Counted from the stretch's first letter, positions 1-13,330 are shown. The stretch: 64,000 nt of DNA from Macrostomum lignano (GCA_002269645.1 NIVC01002874.1:1-64000), one strand, 5' to 3'. Notes: generated by a model not told the origin, from the letters alone. Program-made: numbers and translations.

Positions 1-20
1 ACTTTTTGAATGGATGACAC

Positions 21-776
21 CTCCCCTACCCCCGATCAGGGCGCCTTCCTATCCCCGATTAGGGCGCCTTCCTATCCCCGATTAGGGCGCCTTCCTATCC
101 CCGATTAGGGCGCCTTCCTATCCCCGATTAGGGCGCCTCCCTACCCCCGATTAGGGCGCCTCCCTACCCCCGATTAGGGCGCCTTCCTATCCCCGATTAG
201 GGCGCCTTCCTATCCCCGATTAGGGCGCCTCCCTATCCCCGATTAGGGCGCCTCCCTACCCCCGATTAGGGCGCCTTCCTATCCCCGATTAGGGCGCCTC
301 CCTATCCCCGATTAGGGCGCCTCCCTACCCCCGATTAGGGCGCCTCCTACCCCGATTAGGGCGCCTTCCTATCCCCGATTAGGGCGCCTTCCTATCCCCG
401 ATTAGGGCGCCTTCCTATCCCCGATTAGGGCGCCTTCCTATCCCAGATTAGGGCGCCTCCCTATCCCCGATTAGGCGCCTCCCTACCCCCGATTAGGGCG
501 CCTTCCTATCCCAGATTAGGGCGCCTTCCTATCCCCGATTAGGGCGCCTTCCTATCCCCGATTAGGGCGCCTTCCTATCCCCGATTAGGGCGCCTTCCTA
601 TCCCCGATTAGGGCGCCTTCCTATCCCCGATTAGGGCGCCTTCCTATCCCCGATTAGGGCGCCTTCCTATCCCCGATTAGGGCGCCTTCCTATCCCCGAT
701 TAGGGCGCCTTCCTATCCCCGATTAGGGCGCCTTCCTATCCCCGATTAGGGCGCCTCCCTATCCCCGATTAGGGCG
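21..776. repeat. 23-bp minisatellite (CCCCGATTAGGGCGCCTTCCTAT), ~32 copies, probably inside a sim intron
   Basis: GATT recurs at 57 and 80 (period 23). The array is near-homogeneous and ends ~110 bp before the splice acceptor at 885-886. Confidence 0.97.
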
Positions 777-886
777 TGCCCAGAATTGCCGATCTTGGCA
801 CTCCTAAATCATTCCTGATAGCTAAATGTACATAAATTCTATACCAAACAACATTCCATTTCCAACAACCACTTTTTTATTTACAG

Positions 887-3444
887 TGCTCAGCAAAGGC
901 CAAGTCACAACCAAATACTACAGGCTGCTAACCAAGAACGGCGGCTGGGTTTGGCTGCAGAGCTACATGACCATCGTGCACAATACCCGGTCTTCCAGGC
1001 CGCACTGCATCGTTAGCGTCAACTACGTGTTATCGTGAGTGGCCCCGGGACATTATGCCAGCAATATTTTTTATTAATTTAAGATGACCCAAAAATAATT
1101 ACACACGTTTATTGGATTCAAAGTTTAAAAATGAAGACGCCAAAAATTCACTTCTGAACGAATTTTTGTGACTCGCATATCTTGGAATTGTCACTAATAT
1201 CTAAATCGGCCTTCAAATATCTTGGAATTGTCACTAATACCTAAATCGGCCTTCAAATATCTTGGAATTGTCACTAGTAACCAAACTCGGCCTTCAAATA
1301 TCTTGGAATTGTCACGAGTACCAAAATCGGCCTTCAAATATCTTGGAATTGTCACGAGTACCAAAATCAGCATTCAAATATCTTGGAATTGTCAAGAGTA
1401 CCAAAATCGGCCTTCAAATATCTTGGAATTGTCACGAGTACCAAAATCGGCATTCAAATATCTTGGAATTGTCAAGAGTACCAAAATCGGCCTTCAAATA
1501 TCTTGGAATTGTCACGAGTACCAAAATCGGCCTTCAAATATCTTGGAATTGTCACGAGTACCAAAATCGGCCTTCAAATATCTTGGAATTGTCACGAGTA
1601 CCAAACTCGGCCTTCAAATATCTTGGAATTGTCACGAGTACCAAACTCGGCCTTCAAAAATCTTGGAATTGTCACGAGTACCAAACTCGGCCTTCAAAAA
1701 TCTTGGAATTGTCACGAGTACCAAACTCGGCCTTCAAAAATCTTGGAATTGTCACGAGTACCAAACTCGGCCTTCAAATATCTTGGAATTGTCACGAGTA
1801 CCCAAATCGACATTCAAGCATTTTACCGTCAATCGCAAGAGCTGTACTAATTAAGAAAAATTCAAAACATCCGAACCCCGCAGGGAGCTCGAGCACCAGA
1901 ATCTGCAGCTGCAGGCCGACCTGCCGCAGTCGCAGCAGCTGCACCTTCAGTCGACGCCGTCCAGTTGTTCGCAGAGTTCAACAGTTGTTGGCGGCAAAGA
2001 GCCGGCGGCCGAGCCCAGCCTTGCCGGCACCCCGCTGTCAGCCGTGTTCGGCGCTGGCGACTCCAGCGACGCTCCGGTGACTCCGGCGAAGGCGGCCCCG
2101 ACAGCGGCCGGTGCTGGCGGCCGGAGCGGCGGCGGCGGCGGCGGCGGCACAAAGGCGCGCGGCGCGTCGAAAGCCGCAAGAAGCCGCACCGCGCCCTACG
2201 TGGCGCCAGCTGCGTCGACAAGATCAGCCGCCACAGGTGCCGGCGCCGCCGCTGCCACCGCGGCAGCCTCAGCAGCGGGAGCGGCAACTGCTGTTGCCAC
2301 ATCGCAGAAGCAGCAACAGCAGCAGGCAGTCGCTCCGCCAGAACCTGCAGCAGCCGCTGTCGCTTCGTCACCTCTGGTGTCTCCCGGCTCGGTCTACAGC
2401 GGCAGCGGCGGGTTCGCCGCCAGTCAACAGCATCAGCACCAGCTGCTCCAGCATCAGCATCAACAGCACCAGCACCAGCACCAGCAGCCGCAATACCTGT
2501 CAAACTACTATTCAGGAATGATGGAGGATCCAGCAGCCGCCTACGCCGCCGCCGATGCGGCCGCTTATTCATCGTCGTCGTGCGGATCGTCAGTGGTGAT
2601 GAAGCAGCAAGCCCAGCATCCGGGATATTACCAGCCAACACCTGCAGGCCGATATGGTCTCGGGCAGCATCATCAGTACCAGCAGCACATTCAGCATCAT
2701 CAATCATTGATGCAGCACCAGCAGTCTGCCGTGATGCACTATAGCGACCATCAGCAGCATCATCAGCATCATCAGCAGCATCATCAGCAGCAGCAGTTCT
2801 CCGCCTCAGCCTACAGTCCGCATCCTTCCAGCGGAGCCAGTTCAGCTTCATCAGTCTCGTCCGCCTCACCCCAGCATCCCAATCTACATCATCATCAGCA
2901 GCAGCAGCAGCAGTTGGCAGCAGTTTATCCCGGATACCCGGCGCACCAGCATCAGCAGGATGGCAACGCCAACACGCTGTCGGCGGCGGCCCTGCTGCAG
3001 ATTTCGTCCAAGTGCGTCAGCCCGCCGCCGCAGCAGCCGCCGCAGCCGGTGATTGGCTGCGCCCCGCCCGCGATAGACGCTGCGGACCCGGCCAACAGTC
3101 CGATTGCCGGTTACCATGGCTACGGCTCGATTGGGTACGACTATGCCGCATGTATGACCGCGATCGATGGTGGTCATGAGTTCGCGCACGCATATCCCCA
3201 GCATCCAGGCCAGCTGCAGCATCACCAGCAGCTTCATCAGCAGCATCAGCATCAGCAGTTCCACAGCCCGCTGCCAGCGGCGGCACAGCAGCAGGTGTAC
3301 AAAGACCTGTCACTGCCCACCAGTGTGATCGTGGAGCCGCACAAGTACCAGCAGCAGCAGCAACAGCATCTTCATCAGCAGCATCTTCATCACCTCCAGC
3401 ATCCCGTACAGCCTCCGCTCGCCGCGAACAGTTACGTTCATTGA
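887..3444 (+). CDS. sim: Single-minded bHLH-PAS transcription factor, last two exons (887-1034, 1884-3444); 5' exons lie upstream of the window
   Basis: Exon ttacag|887..1034|gtgagt encodes [49 protein letters not shown], which closely matches the SIM PAS-B/PAC C-terminus (GQVTTKYYR...[13 protein letters not shown]). The phase-2 join to cgcag|1884 gives ELEHQNLQL and later RSRTAPY (SIM-like KSRTSPY), then a Q/H-rich tail ending at TGA 3442-3444. Confidence 0.9.
1178..1818. repeat. 40-bp minisatellite (ATCTTGGAATTGTCACGAGTACCAAAATCGGCCTTCAAAT) in sim intron 1035-1883
   Basis: About 16 tandem copies. It accounts for the spurious ORFs at 1222, 1262 and 1383. Confidence 0.97.
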
Positions 3445-4119
3445 CCAAATCGGCGGCCTGTTTCTGATAATGTCAAGGACACCTGAAGCTAGAACTCTGG
3501 ACACGAAAGCAAAACTCCGACTATCGAGGGCTCCAATCCAGATTTCGAGCTTACAAGCGTCCATGTATTGTGCAGTCCAGTCAATATTCTACTTGTAAAT
3601 AATTCTATATTGCTAACACAATACATCCTTGTCGTTCTGTTTTCAATCTGTAAATCAATCAGTTTTTAATGTCAATCAATTTGTCGAATTTTAGTTGCAA
3701 AAATCTTTGAGAATGTTTACCTGCGCCCCTGACCGAAACAGTCGCGACCTGGACTGATCTCGATGACCTTGAACAATGACCTTTGCACACACGTGTGCAT
3801 ACTAAATTATAATCTACTCTCTTCTATTGTTGTAGTTGGCAGACCCGATCAGCCGCTGTTCTCCGTACGCGTTAAAAATGTTTCGCCAAACAGTCTGATA
3901 GATATGATCGATATATTTAAATATAAATGCATCCAAAAATTAACTTTTAATTGTCTTGTCTAGCGCTTGCCTTGTGGTCCTGTGTCGTTTAAGTGATTCA
4001 GACATTGTCTCTGAAGCTTCTATTTTATGCGTTTATTTATTTCTGAGTTTATACTTTTTCAGAAGCACCCGATTTATATAGAGATATTCAGAAGTAGACA
4101 TCTATGAGCGCATTCTGAT

Positions 4120-4710
4120 TTCAGAGATCTATAGATACTTAGTGTAAGAGATCTATAGGCAGATTCGGGTGCAGAGATCTATAGGCACATTCAGGTGCAG
4201 AGATCTATAGGCAGATTCAGGTCCAGATATCTATAGGCACATTCAGGTGCAGAGATCTATAGGCACATTCAGGTGCAGATATCTATAGGCAGATTCAGGT
4301 CCAGATATCTATAGGCACATTCAAGTGCAGAGATCTATAGGCACATTCATGTGCAGAGATCTATAGGCACATTCAAGTGCAGAGATCTATAGACACATTT
4401 ATGTGCAGAGATCTATAGGCACATTCAGGTGCAGATATCTATAGGCAGATTCAGGTCCAGATATCTATAGGCACATTCAGGTGCAGAGATCTATAGGCAC
4501 ATTCAGGTGCAGATATCTATAGGCAGATTCAGGTCCAGATATCTATAGGCACATTCAAGTGCAGAGATCTATAGGCACATTCATGTGCAGAGATCTATAG
4601 GCACATTCAAGTGCAGAGATCTATAGACACATTTATGTGCAGAGATCTATAGGCACATTCAGGTGCAGAGATCTATGGACAGATTCAGGTGCAGAGATCT
4701 ATAGGCAGAT
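4120..4710. repeat. 26-bp minisatellite (GCAGAGATCTATAGGCACATTCAGGT) with a 234-bp (9-mer) higher-order duplication
   Basis: The variant AGACACATTTAT occurs at 4391 and 4625, 234 bp (9x26) apart. Confidence 0.93.
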
Positions 4711-5259
4711 TATTACTTGTCAGGTAAAGTAAAATACAAAGCCCATACTTTTTCAACTTGAAGACAAAAACTGCTAACAGAAATGAAGGCCTCTGTAGCA
4801 GAGGCTCCTCTTGTGGATATGAAAAATCAGCAAGCAAAAATCTAACTGTATGCCTTACACACACCCGAGAGCAAACACCTCATTCCTGTCTCACTTCTCA
4901 CCCCTCATAGCAGCAGTTCCGCAGCAGCTCGTGCAGGGTTGCGGGGCGGGGGTTACGAATAAAGAAGAGGGACCTTTTTATATCCCGACCTAGGGGAGAT
5001 AAGACACGGCTTGTGTATGCTATAGTAAAGATGCTTTGCGATCCTAGCTATACTCGTAGTGTAATAGAGAGGCCGTGGAAAGAAGATCCTTATAAATAGA
5101 GGCACCAACCAACGTGTCTTTTTAAAAGGGATTAATAAAGAGACTGAAATCCTCTATCCATGTGTGGCACTGACACTCCCAATCTCGAGGAATAATCCTG
5201 TAGCTAGCAATATCAATCAAAGAGATATAATAATAATAATAATAATAATAATACTCGCA

Positions 5260-5402
5260 GGGGCTGTAGCCCAGTGGTTGGAGCGTCGCACTCACGACTG
5301 ATGGGTCGGGGGTTCGATTCTTGACTCACTCGGAACAATTTGTGTCCTTGAGCAAGACACTTAACTCTGCATTGCTTCAGTTCACCCAGCTGTAAAATGG
5401 GT
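5260..5402 (+). mobile_element. tRNA-derived CORE-type SINE (head plus CORE domain; the body may extend to ~5690), preceded by (TAA)n at 5227-5252
   Basis: A box TAGCCCAGTGG (5267) and B box GGTTCGATTC (5311) are followed by GTCCTTGAGCAAGACACTTAAC...CAGTT...CTGTAAAATGGG, resembling the MIR/CORE consensus. The acceptor and anticodon stems do not fold as an intact tRNA. Confidence 0.75.
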
Positions 5403-7644
5403 GCCAGCATTAGCTGGGGTAATTGAGGCTGTGTGTGGCGACCCCCCAGTCCTTGGACTGAACAGCCGCACGCAGCCTTCAGATGCGCCGCGCAATAGCT
5501 GCGGCTGAGCTGTCGGTTGCACATCTGGCCATTGTCGGCATTGTCGGAGGGCTGCGGACCCCTGGCGCAACGCCTTCGGGGACATTATCCCACAATCATC
5601 GCTGAGGCAATTCCGCAGACTTCTGAGCACACTCATGCACACGCTCACGCAGGATGTACAGCGACCCGTGCACTCTCTGTACATGCCTTCAAACCTGGAG
5701 GTCGTAGCTTACAGAATGCATTTAGTTTCTCATAAAGCTTACAAGAATTTTATCTACTAAAACAGAAAAAAGTTATTTCATAACTAATTTAAGTCATAAA
5801 GTCCGAAAAATTCTGACTCTTTTAATCACAGAGCAAAAACGGATGGTGGTGATGATTAAACACAACTTGTTTCTATTCATAGCTCGTATATAAGGAACAA
5901 ATCATCACTTTTTAAATTCGTTGTCACTTTTACTGTAAGACTATCAATGTGACATTGTGATGCTTTTTAAACGATAATTTTTGACCAGCAAACACCAAAG
6001 CTGCGCTTGCAGCTGCCTCCTATATTTTGTTCTGGGATTAAAAGTAGTAGCATATAATTGTCAGCAGAGCCATTAAAGAGACTCAAAATCTTCTTAGCTG
6101 AAAAAAACGCGAACAAGCTCCAACCTGATCTAAACTGTTCGCGCCTCATCAATGCCATTCTCAAAGAAGGGGGATATTTCTAGCTTCGCCAGAAGCAACA
6201 ATATATGATTATTAATTTGCACCGAATGACCCCATCCCCTTCACACACCTCTGGGGCCCGCAATCATAAAACAGGTTGCCGACAAAAGAGGCGAGCTCGC
6301 ATTGTTAAACATAAAAAATGATGACTAATGGATTAGATATTAGCTTAGGTGAATTAATCCGTTTCAATTAGCTAAACGTTCTGTTTTCTCATTTGAATGA
6401 TTTGCAGGCTAAAAAACTGCAAACTGCCTACCTGGTTAAAATGCAGTTTTTAAAGCGATATTGAAATTTAAAAGTAATAAAAATTAGCAAAATTAGAGGC
6501 TAAAACTGAATCCAGGCATACTGAATGAACTCGCACAGCGCAGGGTGCCAACACAGAAATCGAGACCCCCCACTCCACCGAAAACACGCGGGCCAAAAAA
6601 CCTGCTCTCTAAAAGAAGATTAATGACCTCGGAGCGTGATTTTAATACCGAAAATATTCGCTAAAACACGAAGGGCAGAGGGGAGAGAGAGAGTGAGTGG
6701 GAGAGAACCGAGCGCCCGCACAGATCTCACATATTCCCCCAGCCATAGATCCCAGCTGCTGCTCAGAAACTGCTCACACTCCTATATCCTGTCCCGGATA
6801 AACCTCTCTTTATCTTGGCGAACCAAGTCCTCGAATATGCCAATAATACCTCATGCTCCAATGGCATAGAGCCCTCAGAGCATCACTGTATTGAATTTGT
6901 CAGCCAAATTGATAATTCAAATCTTCACTGCATAGAAGTCTATGTAAAAGCTCAAAAATTCAATAGAGAGTCTATGAGAGAGGTTGCTGCTAGGATCCTT
7001 ATTTATTTATTTATGCTGATGTCTATGACCGCTTGGCCATAGACAGAAGCTGTTTAGAATCTATAGTAAAGATGCTTGAATGGGATTTTAGGCATTTAGG
7101 CAACTTAGACTTCGATTTTTTTCTGTGTAGCTAGCGTCATACTACTCCCAAGTATGAGTAGAAAAAGTAACATATTGTTTAGCTTTTTTGGAAAAAGTCT
7201 GATAAAAAATGTACAAAAGAACTTATTGAAGACTTCAGATAATTTTTTGAACGATACGTGCAAAGTCTCCAGCCCTTTGCAGCAGGTGACAAACATATAT
7301 ATTATCATTGGTACATTATTGTCGAGGTCGATTATTAAAGGTATCGCAGTTTAGTTTGAGAGTTCAACAAGAAGCATGAATAAACAATTGATATTGGAAA
7401 AGCTTATGAAAAAAATAAAGCATAGAAAATATAAGAATAGAGGTGCACAATGACGGTACTGCTACTAAGAATCCTTAAAAAATGAACCGATACAATTTGG
7501 ATTAAGGTGCTAAACTACGTAAAGCCTTCACAGTTTACATGCAAGAAAAATTATGCTTTTTTTTCAAGAAAACGAGCAGAAACAAGAATATTTAAGAAAT
7601 CTGCATTTAGAAATTTTAGGTCACTGAGGCACGATGGGAAACTT

Positions 7645-8560
7645 AGTGTACACTGAGGCCCGATGGTGAGTGGGTGCTTGCTTGGCCTGGGGGGGAGTGT
7701 ACACTGAGGCCTGATGGTGAGTGGGTGCTTGGCCTGGGGGGGGGGCGAGTGTACACTGAGGCCCGATGGGTGAGTGGGGTGCTTGACCTGGGGGGGAGTG
7801 TACACTGAGACCCGATGGGTGAGTGGGGTGCTTGGCCTGGGGGGGGCAAGTGTACACTGAGACCCGATGGGTGAGTGGGGTGCTTGGCCTGGGGGGGAGT
7901 GTACACTGACCCGATGGGTGAGTGGGGTGCTTGGCCTGGGGGGGGCAAGTGTACACTGAGACCCGATGGGTGAGTGGGTGCTTGGCCTGGGGGGTCGAGT
8001 GTACACTGAGACCCGATGGGTGAGTGGGTGCTTGGCCTGGGGGGGGGCAAGTGTACACTGAGACCCGATGGGTGAGTGGGGTGCTTGGCCTGGGGGGGGG
8101 CAAGTGTACACTGAGGCCCGATGGGTGAGTGGGGTGCTTGGCCTGGGGGGGAGTGTACACTGAGACCCGATGGGTGAGTGGGGTGCTTGGCCTGGGGGGG
8201 GCAAGTGTACACTGAGACCCGATGGGTGAGTGGGTGCTTGGCCTGGGGGGGCAAGTGTACACTGAGACCCGATGGTGAGTGGGTGCTTGGCCTGGGGGGT
8301 CGAGTGTACAATGAGACCCGATGGTGAGTGGGGTGCTTGGCCTGGGGGGTCGAGTGTACACTGAGACCCGATGGGTGAGTGGGTGCTTGGCCTGGGGGGG
8401 GGGCAAGTGTACACTGAGACCCGATGGTGAGTGGGTGCTTGGCCTGGGGGGTCGAGTGTACACTGAGGCCCGATGGTGAGTGGGGTGCTTGGTCGGGGGT
8501 GGGGGCGAATGTACATAGAGGCCCGTGCTTGGCCTAGGGAGCGAGTGTACACTGAGGACT
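7645..8560. repeat. ~50-bp G-rich minisatellite (GTGTACACTGAGACCCGATGGGTGAGTGGGGTGCTTGGCCT(G)n) with variable poly-G tract
   Basis: About 18 tandem copies. It accounts for the Pro-rich minus-strand ORFs at 7551, 7621 and 7643. Confidence 0.96.
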
Positions 8561-9289
8561 GATTTGTATGGGTCCAGCGCAGGGTAATAATCATTAAACC
8601 GACTGAGCTAAGCCTGGATACAATAGCAGGGCAAGATAGAAGATTTCGCTTAATGTCGTATTAAAAATAAGAAATATATTAATTACACGATGGGGAGTAT
8701 ATAATATAATATTTTCAAAAGAAAGAATAGCGATAAGAAAATGCATACGAGATGAAGAATATAGGAGAAAAACGACTGACTGAAGAGCAATGTTTTATCC
8801 AGGGCTAGCAATTATTATTTTTAATAAAAGAAAATTTAAAGTGTAAGTGATACCAATAGTATTCTAGTGGAGTTCACAAATAACTAGTCTACGACTCTAC
8901 TCAGTAGTTTACTGGTGGCAACTTTATTTTTCTAGACTAATATATTAAAACAAACGAACTAATCATTGTCTTTTGGTATAACTATAAAGCAGTATAAACG
9001 AGAGAAGTACGAGAGAAGTGCATGAAAAATATGGATAAGGGAGTTTCGCAGAAAATAAATTGTGGGCGCTTGGAATTTCCCTAATGGCTAACAACGAATA
9101 AAGAATACCCCTAGCAGCTTAACAACTATAGACAGTTCTATTTAACAGAACAGCCATGCGGAATTCTCCTTAGCAGCGCAACGATAAGAAGTTCCCATTA
9201 GCAACGCAACTAATTACCTTGAAAACACAGCCGTAACAAATTCTTCTTAGAAATAACTATCAGAAACCCACCTAAGCAACACAACCATT

Positions 9290-9620
9290 CGGGATTCTCC
9301 TAGGCAACTCGACAATATTGGATTCCTCTTAGCAGCTCGACCATTTGGAATTTCCCTTAGCAACTCGACCACATGGGATTCCCCTTAGCAACTCGACCAT
9401 ACGGGATTCCCCTTAGCAACTCGACCATATGGGATTCCCCTTAGCAACTCGACCATACGGGATTCCCCTTAGCAACTCGACCATACGGGATTCCCCTTAG
9501 CAACTCGACCATATGGGATTTCCCTTAGCAACTCGACCATATGGGATTCCCCTTAGCAACGCAACCATATGGGATTCCTCTTAGCAACTCGACCATATGG
9601 GATTCCCCTGAGCAATTCAA
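9290..9620. repeat. 28-bp minisatellite (CCCCTTAGCAACTCGACCATATGGGATT) with degenerate flanks
   Basis: About 10 tandem copies, with decayed copies back to ~9100. Confidence 0.92.
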
Positions 9621-10118
9621 CCATAAGGAATACCTTTAGAAACACAACTATAGAGAATTCCCCTTTGTATCAAAACTATAAGGAATTAAAATTAGCAGGG
9701 GAAGACAGGATTTTGTCCAGGGATTCCGTGCAGAAACACAAATAGTAGTCTAAGTTAAAAGATGAATAGAAGCAAAACTTTGCATACAGGTTTATGAAAT
9801 TCATGAACCATAGAGAAAAACAACACTATATGACACAATCAGCAATTTCTTGAATTTTGTTCGTTGTTTGAAAAGAATAGAAAGGTTTACAGTGATTAAA
9901 CCATCGAATGAAATAATCAACGCCAATAAGTAGAAATTGTCTGAATAGAATAGATATAAAAATATATTATTTGTGTTTTAAGAGCGCGCCCTATAAACAA
10001 ACAGCAAACTATTCAGTATAAATTTTCATACACTAATGTAAAATTTGAATAGTCAGATCACGACAACAGGCTACAGGTTGCTCAGATTGCAAATCGAAGA
10101 CAAAAAAAAACAAGACAA

Positions 10119-11445
10119 CTAAAGCAAAAACTTGCCAACCACAAGGCCCAGCACCATGGCCAGGACTAGGAACAGAGCCGGCGGCACCAGCGGGCCTCTG
10201 GCCGTGGCCACGGCAGTTGAACCTGACGCCGACGAGACATTGGCAGATCCCGACGGAGAGCTGGGCGGCGACGGCCGCATGGCCAGCTTGCGCAGACGGA
10301 GATCCTGCAAGAGAGATGGTTGTTAATTTTAACTGGCCAGTTATGCACACCTCGTAATGCTTATGACTAATTAGGGGTAAGCGTCATAGAAAGTACGCGA
10401 TGCACTTTTGGAGATTGTAGCCTAGACGAGGGGCCCAGCCAAGGTAAGTCGCAAAAATGCCTATCCGAAAAAATACAGACGTAGTACTAATTAGATGACG
10501 AGGCATTTAGTCTTAATAGGACAGTCATTGATACTCCTGCTGTTTACCAAAATTTGCGTTAATTTTGCTTTTAAGTTTTTCACAGGTAAGTCGAATTTTT
10601 GGTAAAAAATTAAGTCGCACGGCCAGTGTAAATCTGGGAGGCTGTGCATGTATGGGTAGGAGCTTTGAACTCATTATTGAAAGCATCTCGCATTTATAAC
10701 AACTCTGGTTAGTCTACTTGAGTGGGTAGAAAGTTAAACGATAACAAAACGACTCTTGGACGACTTTATCATGTACGTTCAAACGTACTTTAGAAGTACG
10801 CGAGGTACTTTTTAAAGTACGGAAAGTTTTTCAATTACACAAAGCACTTTTCAAGACTTTGTACTTTTGCAAACAAAAACAGGGTCTCACTTGTTCCGCT
10901 AGCCGAGAGTTTTCATCGCGCAGTCGCTGCAACTCCTGCTGCATTTCGTGCGCGTTTTTCGGCAAATCCGAAGGCGCCGAATTGGCCGCCGCTGGCCCCG
11001 GTTGATTGGGCGACGGCGCAGAAGCGTTGGCGACTCCGTCGGCTTCAATTTGTACAACGCGCAGCTTGGAGTCCATCAGCTTGTCGGACGAAGCCGAACG
11101 CCAGGCCTCGTCAAGAGCGGCGCCAGCCAGATTAGGAGGCGTACTGGCTGGCATTAGCAGGCTCTGCACCATGAATTTGTGCCGGGAGCGCTGCTCGGCT
11201 GTGTCGGACTGATCGCCAGCGCTTGGCTGCAGCATGACGGCGACTTCGACCTCGCCGCCGGCCTGAATCAGGCCGCTATTTGGCCGGACGCAGTACCGTT
11301 TCGGAGCGGTTGTCTTCACTTTAAAGGCCACGGGCTGGTCGGCAACGGGATTGCTAAGTCGCAGAGTGGTGGTGACCACCCGGTCGAATGGGCCGCGGAA
11401 CACCAACTCGGAATCTGGCTTCAGGCTTAGGATCTGGCTAGGCAT
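10119..11445 (-). CDS. VAP: VAMP-associated protein (VAP-A/B family): MSP domain, coiled coil, C-terminal TM; exons 11445-10891 and 10304-10119 (246 aa)
   Basis: MPSQILSLKP...FRGPF..VVTTTLRLSNP and the signature FKVKTTAPKRYCVRPNSG. Donor CAA|gtgaga and acceptor ttgcag|GAT are in phase 0. The terminal TM is LFLVLAMVLGLVVGKFLL. Confidence 0.95.
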
Positions 11446-11679
11446 AGCGGCTGGCTAAGGCTGGGTGAAGCAATATAATTACACACTTTTCAGGTGAGAA
11501 GAGATGGAACAGCTAATTGGCTGAAACGGATTCATTAACACAATTGTCAGCAGGTTAGTAGTGACCGCCCTAGCGTCGCTGGAGTTGGGAGTTCCTCATT
11601 TCTCAATGACATCGGATTTCTAAGCCCAACACTGCAAGTACTTAACAAGCTTCAGATCCTAAAAGGACAGATCCCAGCT

Positions 11680-12525
11680 TCAGATCCTAAAAGGACAGAT
11701 CCCCAGCTTCAGACCCGAAAACTCCAGATTCAAAGAAGAGTCTAGATTCTCAAATGAAAGATCCTCAAAATCCCCAAACTTAAAATACTACAAGTTCAGA
11801 TCCCTAAAGTTCAGATCCTCTAAGCTCAGATCCTCATCTTCAGGCCCTATAAGCTCAGATCCCTTAAATTTCAGACCCTAAAGTTTAGATAATTAACTTC
11901 AGATCCTTAAGTTGGAATCCCCAAACTTTAGATCCTTTAAAGACAGATCCCTAAATTCCAGATCCTAAATCTAAAGACCCTTAAAGTTTCAGATCCCTAA
12001 AGTTCAGACCCTCAAGTTCAGATCCCCAAAGTTCAGATCCTCAAGTTCAGATTAAAGTTCAGACCCTAAAGTTCAGACCCTAAAGTTCAGATCCCCAAAG
12101 TTCAGACCCTCAAGTTCAGATTAAAGTTCAGACCCTAAAGTTCAGATCCCCAAAGTTCAGACCCTCAAGTTCAGATTAAAGTTCAGACCCTAAAGTTCAG
12201 ATCCCCAAAGTTCAGATCCTCAAGTTCAGATTAAAGTTCAGACCCTAAAGTTCAGATCCCCAAAGTTCAGACCCTCAAGTTCAGATTAAAGTTCAGACCC
12301 TAAAGTTCAGATCCCCAAAGTTCAGATCCTCAAGTTCAGATTAAAGTTCAGACCCTAAAGTTCAGACCCTAAAGTTCAGATCCCCAAAGTTCAGACCCTC
12401 AAGTTCAGATTAAAGTTCAGACCCTAAAGTTCAGACCCTAAAGTTCAGATCCCCAAAGTTCAGACCCTCAAGTTCAGATTAAAGTTCAGACCCTAAAGTT
12501 TAGATCCCCAAAGTCCAGATCCCTA
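11680..12525. repeat. Composite satellite of 12-15-bp AAGTTCAGA-core monomers forming a 55/69-bp higher-order unit
   Basis: The order [TTAAAGTTCAGA][CCCTAAAGTTCAGA]1-2[TCCCCAAAGTTCAGA][CCCTCAAGTTCAGA] repeats from ~12040. Monomers are degenerate toward 11680. Confidence 0.93.
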
Positions 12526-13330
12526 AACTATTTCATTATCTTACCACTTTAGTAGAGAAACTGAGCCAGTCAAAACAAACACCAACACGTACTCAAAAGA
12601 TGGTCATAAAAGTAGAAATATTTGAATTTCTTATAAAGCCTTAATAAATTCCAGGTAAAACAGAGTACCGGGTTGCAGAGATGAGTTCAAGTATTATGAA
12701 GGTAGTTTGAAGATAGCTAGCATTACATCATATCCTATTCTATTAGAGTCATAATTTAAGTTTACGACAAAGTAATTCCTGTACTTTATATCCGCGTGGC
12801 CATAGACAACTTTTAAAACTTGAGGATACGACGACAGATTACAATTACAATATGATTATTATACAGATATTGCTATGAAAACCATGTTCTCTAATAAGAC
12901 TAAATGCCATATTTGGAAGCTTCGAGGATTACGCAAGCTACTATTAATTCCACAAAAAATGATTTCGCATCGCATTCTAATTGAATGCCGGAAAACATTA
13001 AGGTACATTATGTAAAAAAAGATTAGTTTTGCGAGAACCAACTTTTGAAACTTAAACTTAAGACAAAAACTTTACAGCCAACGATTAAAACAGACAGACA
13101 AACAGTTTAAGAGGAAATTAACTTTTCACACCGGAAATCTTATCTACTCTTTTTCAGTAGAAAAATTAGCGCTCTCATTTTACTTTATAATAGTAAATAA
13201 TCTATTTAACTGTACAAGAATTAGCATTTTCCCTGTTTGAAGCTGCAAAAGAAAAGGGATGGCGCCCCAACCCCCAGCAAGGCCGATAAACAGTTGACTT
13301 TCCTCTTGCCCGCTTGTGTCTGACTTTGGC

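Noticed and set aside
1222-2080. Long ORFs at 1222, 1262 and 1383 with repetitive peptides
   Set aside because: They are translations of the 40-bp intronic minisatellite.
1862-3448. Antisense and alternative-frame ORFs over the sim last exon
   Set aside because: They are shadows of a GC-rich CAG/CAT-rich coding exon.
5260-5332. Possible tRNA gene (CAC anticodon-like loop)
   Set aside because: The anticodon and acceptor stems do not pair and it runs straight into a CORE-like block, so it is treated as a SINE head.
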